Shown: piece by piece, positions 14,801 to 27,971 of the stretch | Numbering within the stretch: position 1 is the stretch's first letter | Layout: every line of letters begins with the position of its first letter | NCBI GenBank assembly: GCA_030141605.1 | Contig: JAQGDQ010000069.1 | Span: 1-64,000, forward strand | Length of the DNA: 64,000 nucleotides | Direction: 5' to 3' | Source: Tubiluchus corallicola | Taxonomy: Eukaryota > Animalia > Priapulida | Position numbers and translations under genes: made by a program | The notes under the pieces: model-generated | What the model saw: the letters and a program-made list of their open reading frames with translations, nothing else | Database searches by the model: none | What the model was told of the DNA's origin: nothing

Positions 14801-16459
14801 CATTTTCAGCTGGTACTACATCTAGATGTCCTGCCAGCATGTATGGCTGTAACGACGGGTCGCTCCCGCTGACTTTGTACAGCAAGCTGTATTCATTAAC
14901 AGTCTCATATTGCACTAACGGTGAAGAATGTACCAGTTTATAACCTGGGAAATTGAAGACATTTTAACTGTGAATGCCAGAAAGCGGCATTTAGTGTGAT
15001 TTCTTATTCATGTAGTTGGCTAATTTCAAAAGCTTTTACTACTGTTGGATATCATTGACCACCATTGGTCTGGGTGATTACATACCGGGTGATCACAATT
15101 CTGGCCTGGAATATCGAGGCTTCTATAAAATAATTACAACAGGTAGTATCTTTAATTTTAATAATGTCACAACAACTGCTGGTGCTGGACTGCATCTGAT
15201 TAATTAGCCAGCATCATTAAAAAACTATAGGAAGTATTATCACGTATCAGGCATGGCAGATATGTCGATTGTGGTAATAAAACTGATGACGATAATATCA
15301 ATGTTGATAGATCACAGACTTAATCACTGCATTTTTATTAAATTTTAAATTTTTACAAGACAGGGACACTTGGAATCCCAACAGCATAATCATTAGACCC
15401 CACAGACCAAATCTTAAATTTAACTGCTGTCTTCTGCATGCATGAGAAGGATAAAAATGCAACTTGCACTAATGATAGAAAAGTTAAAGATGGCTCGAGG
15501 GGCACAAGTTACTTACATTACGAAAGATGGATGGCAAATGTGCAAAATACTAGTAACATAAGATGCAAAGCAACTTGCTCCAAAAAATGTTTGTATATAA
15601 AAATTCAGGCCTTTATAAATTATTTTACCTGCAAGCGAAGCATAATGTATTAGGTACCAACAGACAATCGATCTGAAACATGCTCAGGTGGGTTTGACAG
15701 AGAATAGCATGGTAGAGGGACCTGTTGTGTCATATGGGTGTAACATCACACATGGCACAAAAAATGTACATAGGGACGCAGCTAAATTATTACTAGTATT
15801 AAAATGCTACATACTAACACAATCCTAAATAAGTTCAATTTGTAAATTTTCGGTTTTTTAAATTATTATGTTCTACAGTACTAAGTTTCCCATCATTTAA
15901 TTGCCAATTACACACGTCAACCGAATACAAATTTAATTTGAGAACGGTGCCAAAATTAATTTTATTTAATCCTAGCTATTTAAGAGTGGCTGACTAGATA
16001 AACTACGGGTTCTTCGCTGCCATTCTCTTTTGCCTCAAAATATTGCATGTATTCCTGTAACAGTAATACTGTATTTTGATAATTCTTGCGGAGTTAATAA
16101 ATAAATTGAATTGTATTGATATTAGTTAAGTGACAAAAACTGCACTGTTACACTGTTGATGTGCGCATCAGTGCTGTCTTACTTTTAAATATATGCTGAT
16201 GCAGTTCTTTAAGTTCTTTCAAATTAAATTTTCCAGGTGCCCAGCTAACACTTCTATGCTGAAGAGCAAAAGAGAGTCGTTTTAACACATTTGCATCTGC
16301 TTTAATAAAATCAACATCACTTGGATCACAGACATGAGCAGAAAACGGTGGCGGCGCTAGCAAAACTGTTCTAACAATACAAAAACACAACAAAGATAGT
16401 AAAACAACAAGAAAACCCAAAATTAGGCGTTTCAATATTCCTATTATGGAAGCTGCCAT
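5861..16459 (-). CDS. PM20D1: PM20D1-like M20 metallopeptidase (N-fatty-acyl-amino acid synthase/hydrolase), 10 coding exons, ~512 aa
   Basis: Phase-consistent GT-AG exons: 16459-16183, 14944-14709, 14589-14503, 13909-13773, 12917-12798, 10030-9955, 9579-9518, 9219-9069, 7006-6841, 6087-5861 (1539 nt). N-terminal signal/TM anchor and M20 motifs [82 protein letters not shown] ~17 nt after the stop. Confidence 0.93.
8168..9062. repeat. Nested inverted-repeat / fold-back block in PM20D1 intron 8
   Basis: 8168-8384 is the near-perfect reverse complement of 8579-8795; 8310-8576 is the reverse complement of 8772-9062 (with a short insertion); a ~75-bp module (ccccagtgttactttggag...aacatattaaaaca) occurs 4 times in F,R,R,F orientation. 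Confidence 0.9.
10909..11270 (+). repeat. Degenerate ~163-bp tandem repeat (~2.2 copies) with coding-like composition
   Basis: agct(a/g)aaacttgt at ~10910, ~11073 and ~11237; gtttcaaggaatgcc(c/g)catcaaag(c/t)gagac and attcttcagagaggtca repeated. Confidence 0.7.
15016..15142 (+). pseudogene. Orphan exon encoding the second pore loop of a TWIK-type two-pore K+ channel (KCNK1/6-like), antisense in PM20D1 intron 1
   Basis: AG at 15014-15015, GT at 15143-15144; translation [31 protein letters not shown] matches the TWIK P2 signature (TIGLGDY.PG). No other K2P exon found in the window. Confidence 0.7.
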
Positions 16460-17495
16460 GTTGAAAATCCAGCCAGGGTCCGTCACCAGGCTTATTCAAT
16501 CGAAATTATAAATCAAATCAAAGATTTTTTTATTTCGCGTTTCCAAAACACTCGCAACGCCATTTGCATCCTGTCAGATATCGAAAATAAAAGCTACAGA
16601 TAAAGGTTTAAGATACCTATTATTTATTGTTCCTAACTCAATACACATTAATTACGAAGATTTTATAAGTAATAAAAAACAATATTTTAATGGCAATCTG
16701 GCAAATTGTTTTGTTATTACATTTACCATGATAGATTCATTCCAGAACAAAGTGGTCTTCTTGCATGTGTTCTTTTTTCTAGTGTTTTCCTTTTCTTCTC
16801 TTGTTGTTTGTTACAATCATTTCAGATTAAAACCAATAATAAGAAATGCAAAAATCAAATAATTCAGTTATTAACATTCTTTTGACACATTTGACCTTGT
16901 AACCCAGCATTTTTGTGTATTACATTTTCAAAAACAATAATGATATGAAATGAGTATAATCTTCAGTACTATTACTAATCCTGAAAATGTAAAAAATGGA
17001 AATACTGAGCTGCATAGCATATTTTCTACTCTAGAAGAAAAACATCTTAACCAAAAATTTTACAGTAACTGATTTTTGCAACCTTACTTTATTAACAGTA
17101 AGAATATTAAAAAATAACACATGGCACATATTCATAATATTGCAAGCCTTCATATCTTGATAGTTAATAAACTGGTTCAGGTTACTACTAAAATGCACTT
17201 AATGAATTTGCCACAGCACATCCCTTTCACAAGACAGTGATGCTGTTGATCTACATGATCTGTAAAACTCAAACTAAAAACCATGACAACCCATAAAGTG
17301 TTTAGTGTGTTACGTATATGACTTCTTGACATTATTTGATAATCTGAACTTATTGCAGCTAATGGTCATTAATAAAAAATAATACAATCCTTTGTAATAG
17401 ATCAGTGCAGGCAGCAGCAAGGTCACTATGTTGTAATCCACCATCCAACAAGCATTTAACAACTAATGCACCAACTACTGTCTCGGTTTCTCCTG

Positions 17496-20400
17496 TCACC
17501 GCTCCCCCTTTTCTTTGTCCCCCATTTTTCTTTCCTTTGTTTGACCCCGTCGCTTCATTGCAGCAGAGCATGACGGGCAGTACCATTTTCCCTTGGGAGG
17601 TTGAGTGATTCCGACACAGTCGTAGTGAAACCATTCAAATGGGCACTACAAATACAAACGCATCAGCGACTATAATAAGCAGAAATGTTTTACAAGAATG
17701 ACAGGTGCTGAATTGGAAGGGTTCCAAACACAAATGTCATCAGCTTTCATTATTTTGCTTTCATTACCAAAGACAGATTCTCAAGACGATCTGTGAATAT
17801 GAACTCACTTGAAAATGCTAGTAGTAAACACAACCTCATCATTTGTCCTTATCTTACTAATAACAGAGCAAATGAGAGTAAAAATGATAAAAAAAATTTG
17901 TCTTAAATCGTCATTATTTGGTGTCAAGATATTGTTTGGTGGAGCGCATTCATTTCTAACTGTATTCTAGTTTGATTTTGTTTGATTTTTTTTAATTTAG
18001 TAAAATATTTGGAATGTTTATTCCATAATCACGTATGTTTATTCCATTATCACCAAATAAATTATCACCACACAAACTGATTACATCATGATTAATTGAT
18101 TGATCAGAAAACAATAGCCGATACTTACAGATTCATTATCGCACGCCACCATGTCCCCGTATGAAACCTGATTGCAGACACAGTAACGAGGTTCATTAGG
18201 GTCGTACTGCCAGTCATTCTGTTCTGCAGCAGCACCATCTAGGCCGAGTGGCAACTCTTCTTCCAAACTCGCCACTGCTTCCTGCTGAGCTTGTAAGAGA
18301 CTAGAGACGGATGATCCCGCACCAGAGGCCTTGCTCCTAGATGTAAAATAAACCGAAGCTGTACAGTGACAAGTGAACATCCTTAAACGTACATGTATTA
18401 AACTGACACAAAGGAAATGCATAAAACCAGAAATTAGCTATATCCCTCACAAAGATAAGTAATAATTCATAATTCACCAATGACTTTATGAAGAATTTCT
18501 GAAGGAAAATTGCTAAGACATCAGCATAGGTAGAACACAGGCAAGTTTATTTATAAAAATCAGTAACAGCACATGCTTATTCAATGATCTCTGACAGCCA
18601 ACTGACCGGGTAAGTTTTCTATGAAGCAAGGAAGCCAGCAATTCTATGAAAGGTAAATGTTATGCATACTACATAGTTCAAGGATGAAGGTTTAGACTGT
18701 ATATGAAGAAATAGGCTTATTTTACAGACTTATGTTTTAACCAGAGAATGCAATAACATGACATAATGAATAAAAAATAATGTCATATGACATAATAATA
18801 AAAAAATAATGACATATGACATCGTGAGCTTCACGACAGACTTCCATAATGAAGCCACACACCATTTAACTATGAAACAATAAAATATTTGACAATTACA
18901 TTTTCTTCAATTGATGTTATTACTCATGTAAACATGAGCAACTATATATTATTAGAAAAATGTGTGCATTCCTTATTTTACTTCTAGAAGAACTTCAATG
19001 AAAAAATCAGGTATATAATATTGGAACCATGTCAATAAGCCAATAAGTGCTAGCTTCCTACTATGCCACAATTTTAATATGTAATACATTGCAACATTTG
19101 CTATATTACAACATGTACTTAATCCAGCCAAATTTTCCTGTATAATACTGCTTAAAGCTAGTAACAAATGCATTTCACACATTTTCCAATATGACCAAGT
19201 CATTAAAACAAAACTACCTAAAGGAAAGCATAGTTTCTAGAAGATTCTATGTCACTAATTTGTTAAAAGCAGTTCTGATGAATGAACAATGAATAATGTT
19301 AAGTGCAGTTTTACACCTGCAAACTGAATTTCAAATGGCACAAAAATTATTTAATGACAGCACGTAATATTTGCAGAGTGAAATACAGAAACATGTCTAC
19401 TCCACTCACAACTCTTTGCTGACAGACCAAACAGTACAAATGAACTCACTTTTTTGATCGCTTGGTAGGCTCGCCAATGCCCGATCCGCCGGCTGCAAAC
19501 GTCTCCTTCCCCACCGACAAAGTCTTCGTCAGATCTGAACCTTTCATGGCTTCGTAGCTCGCTTTAAGACTTGCAGTGCGTCGGCCAGCTTGTAACTGAA
19601 ACAATATGTAACTGCCAATTATTTGAAGTCTGCATGCTTGGAAGACAGGATGTTCCAAAAGAAACAGTACAATAGAAATAAGCTGAAGTACATTGATATG
19701 CTGAAAATGCTGATCAAATTACAAAGTATAGTCAAGCATTAGAGTAATTTAATGGTATATAGAAAGTATAATGACAAGAATTGCTGGAAGTGTGCATCAT
19801 TAGCATGTAAGTCCACAGTTGTTGGACCTTGTATGGTGTGACGTTCTTATGCTGATAGCATTTATTGATGCACTTTTCTTTTGCAGCACCCTGTACATCA
19901 GCTCAAATAAATTTCTCACAACCTTCAAACTGTGGCGAGCCCTTCCTTCAATGTCAACGACACTGACAATTTTACATATTTCTTTTTTCATTAGCAAGGC
20001 TTGTTTGGTACATTTTTGTACAAATAGCATTTTTCCTTTTCCCCGAAAACTTATTCAACATAGATTCAACAAGTGTAGACAATATTTGAAAAAGTCACTG
20101 ACCTTGCTCAATGGTTTCTTTCCAACTTGCTGACTTAGTGTCTAAAAATACAAAGTTGCCAATACAACATCACTAACAGATTTCTTTTTAAAATAATTCG
20201 AGAAAAACAAGTACATAAATACAAAGAAAGAAGTACTGTGATAATAACTGCATGTATGTAATTAAGTTATTTACAGCATGTATGTATTTAAGTTATTTAC
20301 AGCATGTATGTATTTAAGTTATTTACAGCATCTATGTATTTAAGTTATTTACAGCATGTATGTGTTTAAGTTATTTACAGCATGTATGTATTTAAGTTAT

Positions 20401-23400
20401 TTACAGCATGTATGTGTTTAAGTTATTTACAGCATGTATGTATTTAAGTTATTAACAGCATGTATGTATTTAAGTTATTTACAGCATGTATGTATTTAAG
20501 TTATTTACTGCATGTATGTATTTAAGTTATTTACAGCATGTATGTATTTAAGTTATTTACAGCATGTATATTTAAGTTATTTACAGCATGTATGTATTTA
20601 AGTTATTTACAGCATGTATGTATTTAAGTTATTTACAGCATGTATGTATTTAAGTTATTTACAGCATGTATGTATTTAAGTTATTTACAGCATGTATGTA
20701 TTTAAGTTATTTACAGCATGTATGTATTTAAGTTATTTACAGCATGTATGTATTTAAGTTATTTACAGCATGTATGTATTTAAGTTATTTACAGCATGTA
20801 TGTATTTAAGTTATTTACAGCATGTATGTATTTAAGTTATTTACAGCATGTATGTATTTAAGTTATTTACAGCATGTATGTATTTAAGTTATTTACAGCA
20901 TGTATGTGTTTAAGTTATTTACAGACTGAGTAACGTTATTTTGTGTCTAGGCCACTGTCTTTCGTCAAGCAAAAATTAATCATTCATAAAGTTTCTACCA
21001 ATACATGATTAGGGATTATTCGCAGACTTGTTAACTATAATAGTGAATTTTTTATGAGAGTGTAAAACATGCATAGAATTGGTGCACTTAACTATATAGC
21101 ACATTGCATTTTTTTATTGTCATTGTTCTCGATGTGTTATCTTGGTAACATCTTTTTGAACTATTTTTTTTCTGGTTAACCAATATTATAGTAAAATTTT
21201 CTCAAATTATGTAGAATAATAGTCAATAAACTCACAAACTAACTAGGCAAAACCTAAAAATGATAAGGTACTTCGCATCATTTAAAATTTTATCTTACTA
21301 TCACATCAATTCATTTTCATTATGCATACATTTCTAAACACGCAACTGAAGAATGGCACATCCTTATTTTTAGTGACACACTGAAAACTTTCTGATATAC
21401 TGGAATATATTTCGCATGGATGGGGGTACTGGGTACAGAAAATGTTCATATTTAAATAAAAATGCATCTTATAAAATCAGTTTGGTATCAACTGTTTCAA
21501 ATTACTCCGATGAAAAAAAGAAAATCAGTGATTTGTTATAACAAATAAACAGTCAACTGTTAAGAGAAGACGTTTCAAGTTTTTAGTACTAACTTGATTA
21601 ATGTCCATGCAGTTAATTTAGCTTGAATTTAATTAGATACAAATATTGACCTATTACAGAGATATCAGTGTTCAAGTTAACAGGAAATAGAAATTGGAAT
21701 GTACTGCAAACAAAGAGTTAAGTTCAGTGTTTAGTTTAAACATCAAGAAATTAGACAAAATTGAATCCCACATAAAATTAAACCACTTATAGTATAATTT
21801 ATTATTCACCTATCATTGACATAACAATCTTGTCATGCTGTACTTAATGGAAGTTAGCAAGTAACAATCTTGTCATGCTGTACTTAATGGAAGTTAGCAA
21901 AGTTAGTTTATAAAGGCCAGTCTAACAACAACTCAGACTGTGTCAGGATCCTTCCTTCAAATGTAACTGATTTACCTACATTTCCTTTTCATTGCTAAGG
22001 CTTATTTTGTATAAATGCTTTTTCGTCCTTTTCCCTGAAGACTTATTGGTGGTCATTATACTCGATCAGTTTTGCTAAGCAAATTTAATCAGCTTTTGAA
22101 CAACCAGAGAAGATAAACAACTCATTTATAGGCACACATACAATTTCTATTTCACATTCCCTAAATAGAGATAAGTGTTGTACCAATTAAGCAATTCACA
22201 CATACATGAAAGGTTACCGTAATATAAAATTTTGATGCAATTCACTGTATTTTAATTGAAAAAAGTTGCCACTACATTTACGTAAATACATTTTCAAATT
22301 AGTTTGTTGAGACATGCATTTTTGTGAAACAATTTTACAGCACAACGAAATTGTCTTGCGTACAATAATGGCTCAATATAAAAACACTATGAAAAATGCA
22401 GAAGCTAAAACAATACCTGTTGCGTAGCTGCAATGGCTTGTGACGCAGCAACAGCTATAGCATTGCTACCAGATCCAATCTGTCCTAACGTATAGCTCTG
22501 TGGAGCAGGAGAGCCACCTATAACGGCAAAACAAAAGAGCATCTTTCACAAAAAAGTAATCACTGACTAAGGCTTTTATCAAAACATGACTAAACATATA
22601 AAAATAAACTGCAAAAATTCTGATGTTGAACAAATATGAGAAAAAATACACAAATTCTTAATGACTTTTACTAACCAGGAATATTGTAATGATGATGTGA
22701 ACTGAAAAATGCAAAATTTCTAGTCCATAACCACAATTTTGATTTGATAAAAATGCTAAACTGTTCACATATCAAGCAGCAAAAAAATTTTGTTAATTTT
22801 TTTATTGTAATCACACATTTTGAACATTGTGCCCTTCTTTAACATCCTTCTCTAGAAGAAACGGATACTGTACGTTGTTTAATCACATTAGGGCCTAAGC
22901 AACATAGGAGGATAGCAATACTGCTAGACATGTGAGACGAATACAAATGACTCAGAATTTCTAATTCCACCTGATGATAATCTGTGAATAACTCGGGAAT
23001 TAAAACTGCTTGAAACTGCGCGAATTAACACTTTGAACAAAACTACTTGAAAATGTGACAATTAACACTCTGAACAAAACTACTTGAAACTGTACCAATT
23101 AACACTCTGAACAAAATTGCTTGGAACTGTACCAATTAACATTCTGAACAAAACTGCTTGGAAATGTGCCAGTTAACACTTTGAACAAAGTTGCTTGGAA
23201 CTGTACCAATTAACATTCTGAACAAAACTGCTTGGAACTGTGACAATTAACACTCTGAACAAAGCTGCTTGGAACTGTGACAATTAACACTTTGAACAAA
23301 GCTGCTTGGAACTGTACCAATTAACATTCTGAACAAAACTGCTTGGAACTGTGCCAGTTAACACTTTGAACAAAACTGCTTGGAACTGTACCAATTAACA

Positions 23401-26400
23401 CTCTGAACAAAACTGCTTGGAACTGTGCCAGTCAACACTTTGAACAACACTGCTTGGAACTGTGCCAATTAACATTTTGAAAAAAACTGCTTGGAACTGT
23501 GCCAATTAACATTTTGAACAGAACTGCTTGGACCTGTGCCAATTAACATTTTGAACAAAGCTGCTTGGAACTGTACGAATTAACACTCTGAACAAAACTG
23601 CTTGGAACTGTGCCAGTTAACATTTTGAACAACACTGCTTGGAACTGTGCCAATTAACATTTTGAACAAAACTGCTTGGAACTGTGCCAATTAACACTTT
23701 GAACAGAACTGCTTCGAACTGTGCCGACTAACACTTTGAACAAGACTGCCACTTATTACCATTTATTATGATCTAATGTGGTGTCCTGATGAACTAAAGT
23801 AATTTCAAACAAAATAAATAGGAAACTGTTTCTCACTTCGTGACTGTGAACCAACTAAATTAGTGTTAGTTCTGTATCCAGCTGCAGCCTCATTTGCTAT
23901 AGCAGATAAAGATCGCTCTGATAACGCTGTACGTTTTGGTTCCAAATGATTACCCATTACGTATTTTCTCTCTACAAAAAAAACAACACGCAACAGTTTA
24001 CTGCCAATTACCAAACATAATTTACCTCTATTTACCAAACACAACTAAATAACCTGTTTTGTACTCATCAAAACATACATCGAAACTTACAAAGTGCGTA
24101 CACTGCAGATATAAATAAACAATAAAGTACGGGAGCATATAACATTACAAAAAAAATGCATTACACTCTGTAGGCACACTGATTTGCAAATTCAACTGCT
24201 AAAGTGCTGAATATAAATATGACTAATTTCTACGGTGCCATTTTTTGGTCTCCTTAATACATCTCTGCACTAAGTGAAATATGTGTACATTTAGATCATG
24301 GCTTAGTTGCAAATTACCATATAGAAAAGTTGATATTTTACTCTGTGAATTGAAATTATTGAAATTAAAAGCTATAGTATTTAGAAGTAAATAAATCATA
24401 ATCATTGAGTTTTCGATGAAGTTGGTTTCTACTCACGTACAACAGACTGTACGTGAATCACCAAATCTTCATAGCTAGAACCGAGCTTTTATGTGAGGTA
24501 AAGCTTTCAATGCTGTAAGACTCTCTCTGTAAGAAGCAATGAACTGTTTGCTTCGAAACATTTTGGCAACTATTTTTCATATTTGGACAATAATGCGCAT
24601 GAAAACCCTTACAACAAACGCATTTGCTCTCGGAAAGCAGGCTACGATGGTTGCATTCGCAGCAAGCTGCAAAATAAGACCATTAGATGCCTGATGCATT
24701 AAAAGTCTAAGTTATTACATGTTTTGCTAGCATTTCTTGAAGCAGTGCTTCATTTTAGAAAGTGCTTCACCTTTCTTTCATTTTTATTATAAGTAAACAA
24801 TATCAGTTTTTGTATAATTATGTACTGATATATTCGTATATGGAACAAATCCTGGTTCCTAGCAATAGTTGAAAATACTCACTTTCAGCTCTGTTGTTAT
24901 TAATAGCCTGCAGTGGCTTGTCCAGTTCCAATGATCCTGAAAAATTATAACACACAAACTTGTTAGTTAGTTTGTTTGTTTATTTATTGACATTAAGTCA
25001 CAGAAAAAATACACTATAAAATTAACAATCTTACAATAAATATCCATCTTGTAAGCTACACAATTAAAGTGTGTACCAAATTAATTTTTTCATTAAACGT
25101 AAATCTACTTTTTCATTTAAATAAATTTAAAACTTTGTACGGAAGCAAAAATTTGTTGAGTTTATTAAATCAAACATATTATTAATGGATTGGTGTCTAA
25201 AATGTTCAGTAAGCTGACAATCTAACAATACATGTTTTTGATCTTGTATATCTCTGCCATATGTACAAAGTCTTTGATTATCTGGAATTCTATTCCATCA
25301 ACCAGTTTCCACTTTTAGACGATGGGATGACAATCTCATACGTGAATCTGTTATTCTATAACATTCTAACGAACAAAGTTTGTAGTATAAAAAGCATCGA
25401 CAGACAATCGTGGATTCATCTTCCTGAGATAATATTGTTTACACTCTTGGTCTGTATCATATGTATCATATGTAGAGTTACAAGAAAACTTATGCACACT
25501 TAAAAAAGTATTATAAAAATGACTAAAGGAATTAAATTTCTTTATGAAACATGAGTCAATGGCACAACACAAGTATACAAGTTTACTCATTTTAACCTAT
25601 ACAGATTGCACACACTGCACGTTATAGAGCAAACATCAACAATGAAAATAATACCATTTTCTCTGTGAAGTTATTTTCATCAAAAAGTGAAGTAAAGTAT
25701 AAAATCATAATGCGAAATTTAGTTTACATTCTTATGAACATATTGGGAAGAACAAGGGCGTATCAAGACTTTACGACACCCTAGGCTGATAGTTCTGCCC
25801 CCCTCCCCACATCTCTATTGTGAATTTAAGGTTACTCAAGTAATGAACAGGTTAAGCAATTCCTTGTGATGTATTAGAAACACTATTAACCTAGTTTCTA
25901 CATGGTCATTATAATTACATGTATTTGCACAGCGCTTATACTCAAGCAGGCTGCACAACTGCTTGTTGTGTAAGACCTTGCACCTGTTCGTTATGTGGCA
26001 CTTATATTAAAAGCTGTTCTCAGTAACTACCAGTGGTGTGTGACAAAAATGTGCTCTTTACATGAATATGAAAGTATATATATTTTCCAAGGAGAATAAG
26101 AAAATTTTTTCTAAAATGTGAGACCCTCAAACTTAGGCGCCCTAGGCTATAGCCTAGTTAGCCTATTGGTTAATATGCCCCTGAGGAAGAACTGGTGCAG
26201 GAAAAAGATACAATGAACGCGAAAACAGAAAACAGTGTGTAAAATTTTTTTGATCCAATATATTTGAAATTGTGATTACAACTAGTTAATAGTAATTACG
26301 GTACTAAAAATAAATAAAACTTACGACGCTCCAACAGTTCAGTAATACCGGCGCTGTCAGCTTCTAATTCCATTTTGAATTTTGACAGCTCTTGATCCAG

Positions 26401-27939
26401 CTTACGTAAATGTCTGTCCACCTGAAGTATCATGACGCAATATTAATGACAGGCCTCTTCCTAACAGACTACGCAGTAATGTAACGAATGAAAAATTACA
26501 TAGTTTTGATGGTAATCACTTCTTATTTTTATATGTACTAATCTACTCTACATCTTAGAAAAATCTTACAAGAAAAACTGTTTTTATGCACTTTCATTTT
26601 TAAATGACTGAATTAAAATGGCACTCAACAGACCAAGGTTTGATTTTCTATCGTTTCACCATTTGTGGAATTAATGTTAGCCATAAGCTTGAATAGGCAA
26701 AGGCTAAAAAGTCCCTAAATAAATTGGAGATCATATGGCAACATTTATACGAATGGTCTGTAAAAGTTTTAACCAAATCGCGGTGTCAAAAACACAATGA
26801 AAGCTTAGGTGGATTTATGAAAAGAACCTAAGAACAATAGCAATTACCAGATCATAAACTTGTGTAGTTATTTGAACTTTGTCATCAGCATCTTCCAACG
26901 CCTTGTAATAGTCCTAGAAAAAACAACTTACTTTTAAAGCCAACATTATATTTTACAGTCAAACGACATGAGGCACTAATTAAGATGGATTCCCTGTAAA
27001 TATTATTCCTTACTTTCAATTCTCAACTGGCATATAAATTTCAAATATCAAATAGTAATCCATATTTGAATAATAAATTAACTAGCAATTTCTTTAGTCT
27101 AAGTAGATATAACTTAAGCAGAATTAACTGTATAACATCACAGTAGAAAAATAAGCTATAGATTCAGGTCCAATATGTTCATGTGTGCAAGTTTGCTAGG
27201 ACATGAATCATTCTGTCACTTTTTGACATCTCCTTATGGGAGAATGGAAATTATTTGAAGGTCTGTAAGTTAATTAACCCAATTAATTTATAAAGCAACA
27301 GCACGGCAAATACCAAGAAGCAAGCTCTAAGATGAGGTATAAAGAGGTCCTCCAAAAGCCTTATATTTATTGGGCTTTTAAAGTACTGCAGAGTAATAAC
27401 TTTCCAAACAAACTGACAAAAACAAGGTTAGTACTGAATGCATGCTTCGCCTGCTAACCGGACAAATCAGACAAAAATTTTTGAATGGGTTCATACAAAC
27501 AAATGCCGACTATCAAACGGTTTTGGAGCATTCGGGCTTACTTAAATAACTAATGAGCACTTAGATTAGTGAGTTTTCTGTCGCAAGTTTTCTCTCTGAG
27601 AGTAAGCTCAAAGTGAGAATGGCCTAGTGAGTTACCGTTGCTAACTTTTTGCAAACTTGCCGACAGTTGATGCTCTTCAGTTTGAACATGTGAGTTAGTT
27701 GGTGAACTATCGCAAATTTATTTGGCAAGAAAACCCCCTAGTCTAAAAGAGCTGCAAGTGTCATTGTTACATATACATAGTATTCTGTCCTACCTGCTTA
27801 ATTCTGTCGAATTGTTCATCTTTTGCTTTCTGATCCAAGTTGCTGCTCTTACAAGCTACGAAAAATTTTTTCACTCGATCTTCTAAACTATCCACTGTAT
27901 CTAAAATACAAAGCAAGAACCTAATTAATTATATGTGTG

Positions 27940-27971
<32 letters not shown>

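Noticed and set aside
16460-17495. Operon-like co-transcription of ING3 and PM20D1 (same strand, ~1 kb apart)
   Set aside because: Several AATAAA signals follow the ING3 stop and a YY1-like aaatggcg motif precedes PM20D1, consistent with independent transcription; no positive evidence for a polycistron.
23002-23748. 37-bp repeats of CRISPR-like length
   Set aside because: Units are head to tail with no unique spacers, no cas genes, and lie in a eukaryotic intron; ordinary minisatellite. The same applies to the 26-bp and 38-bp arrays.
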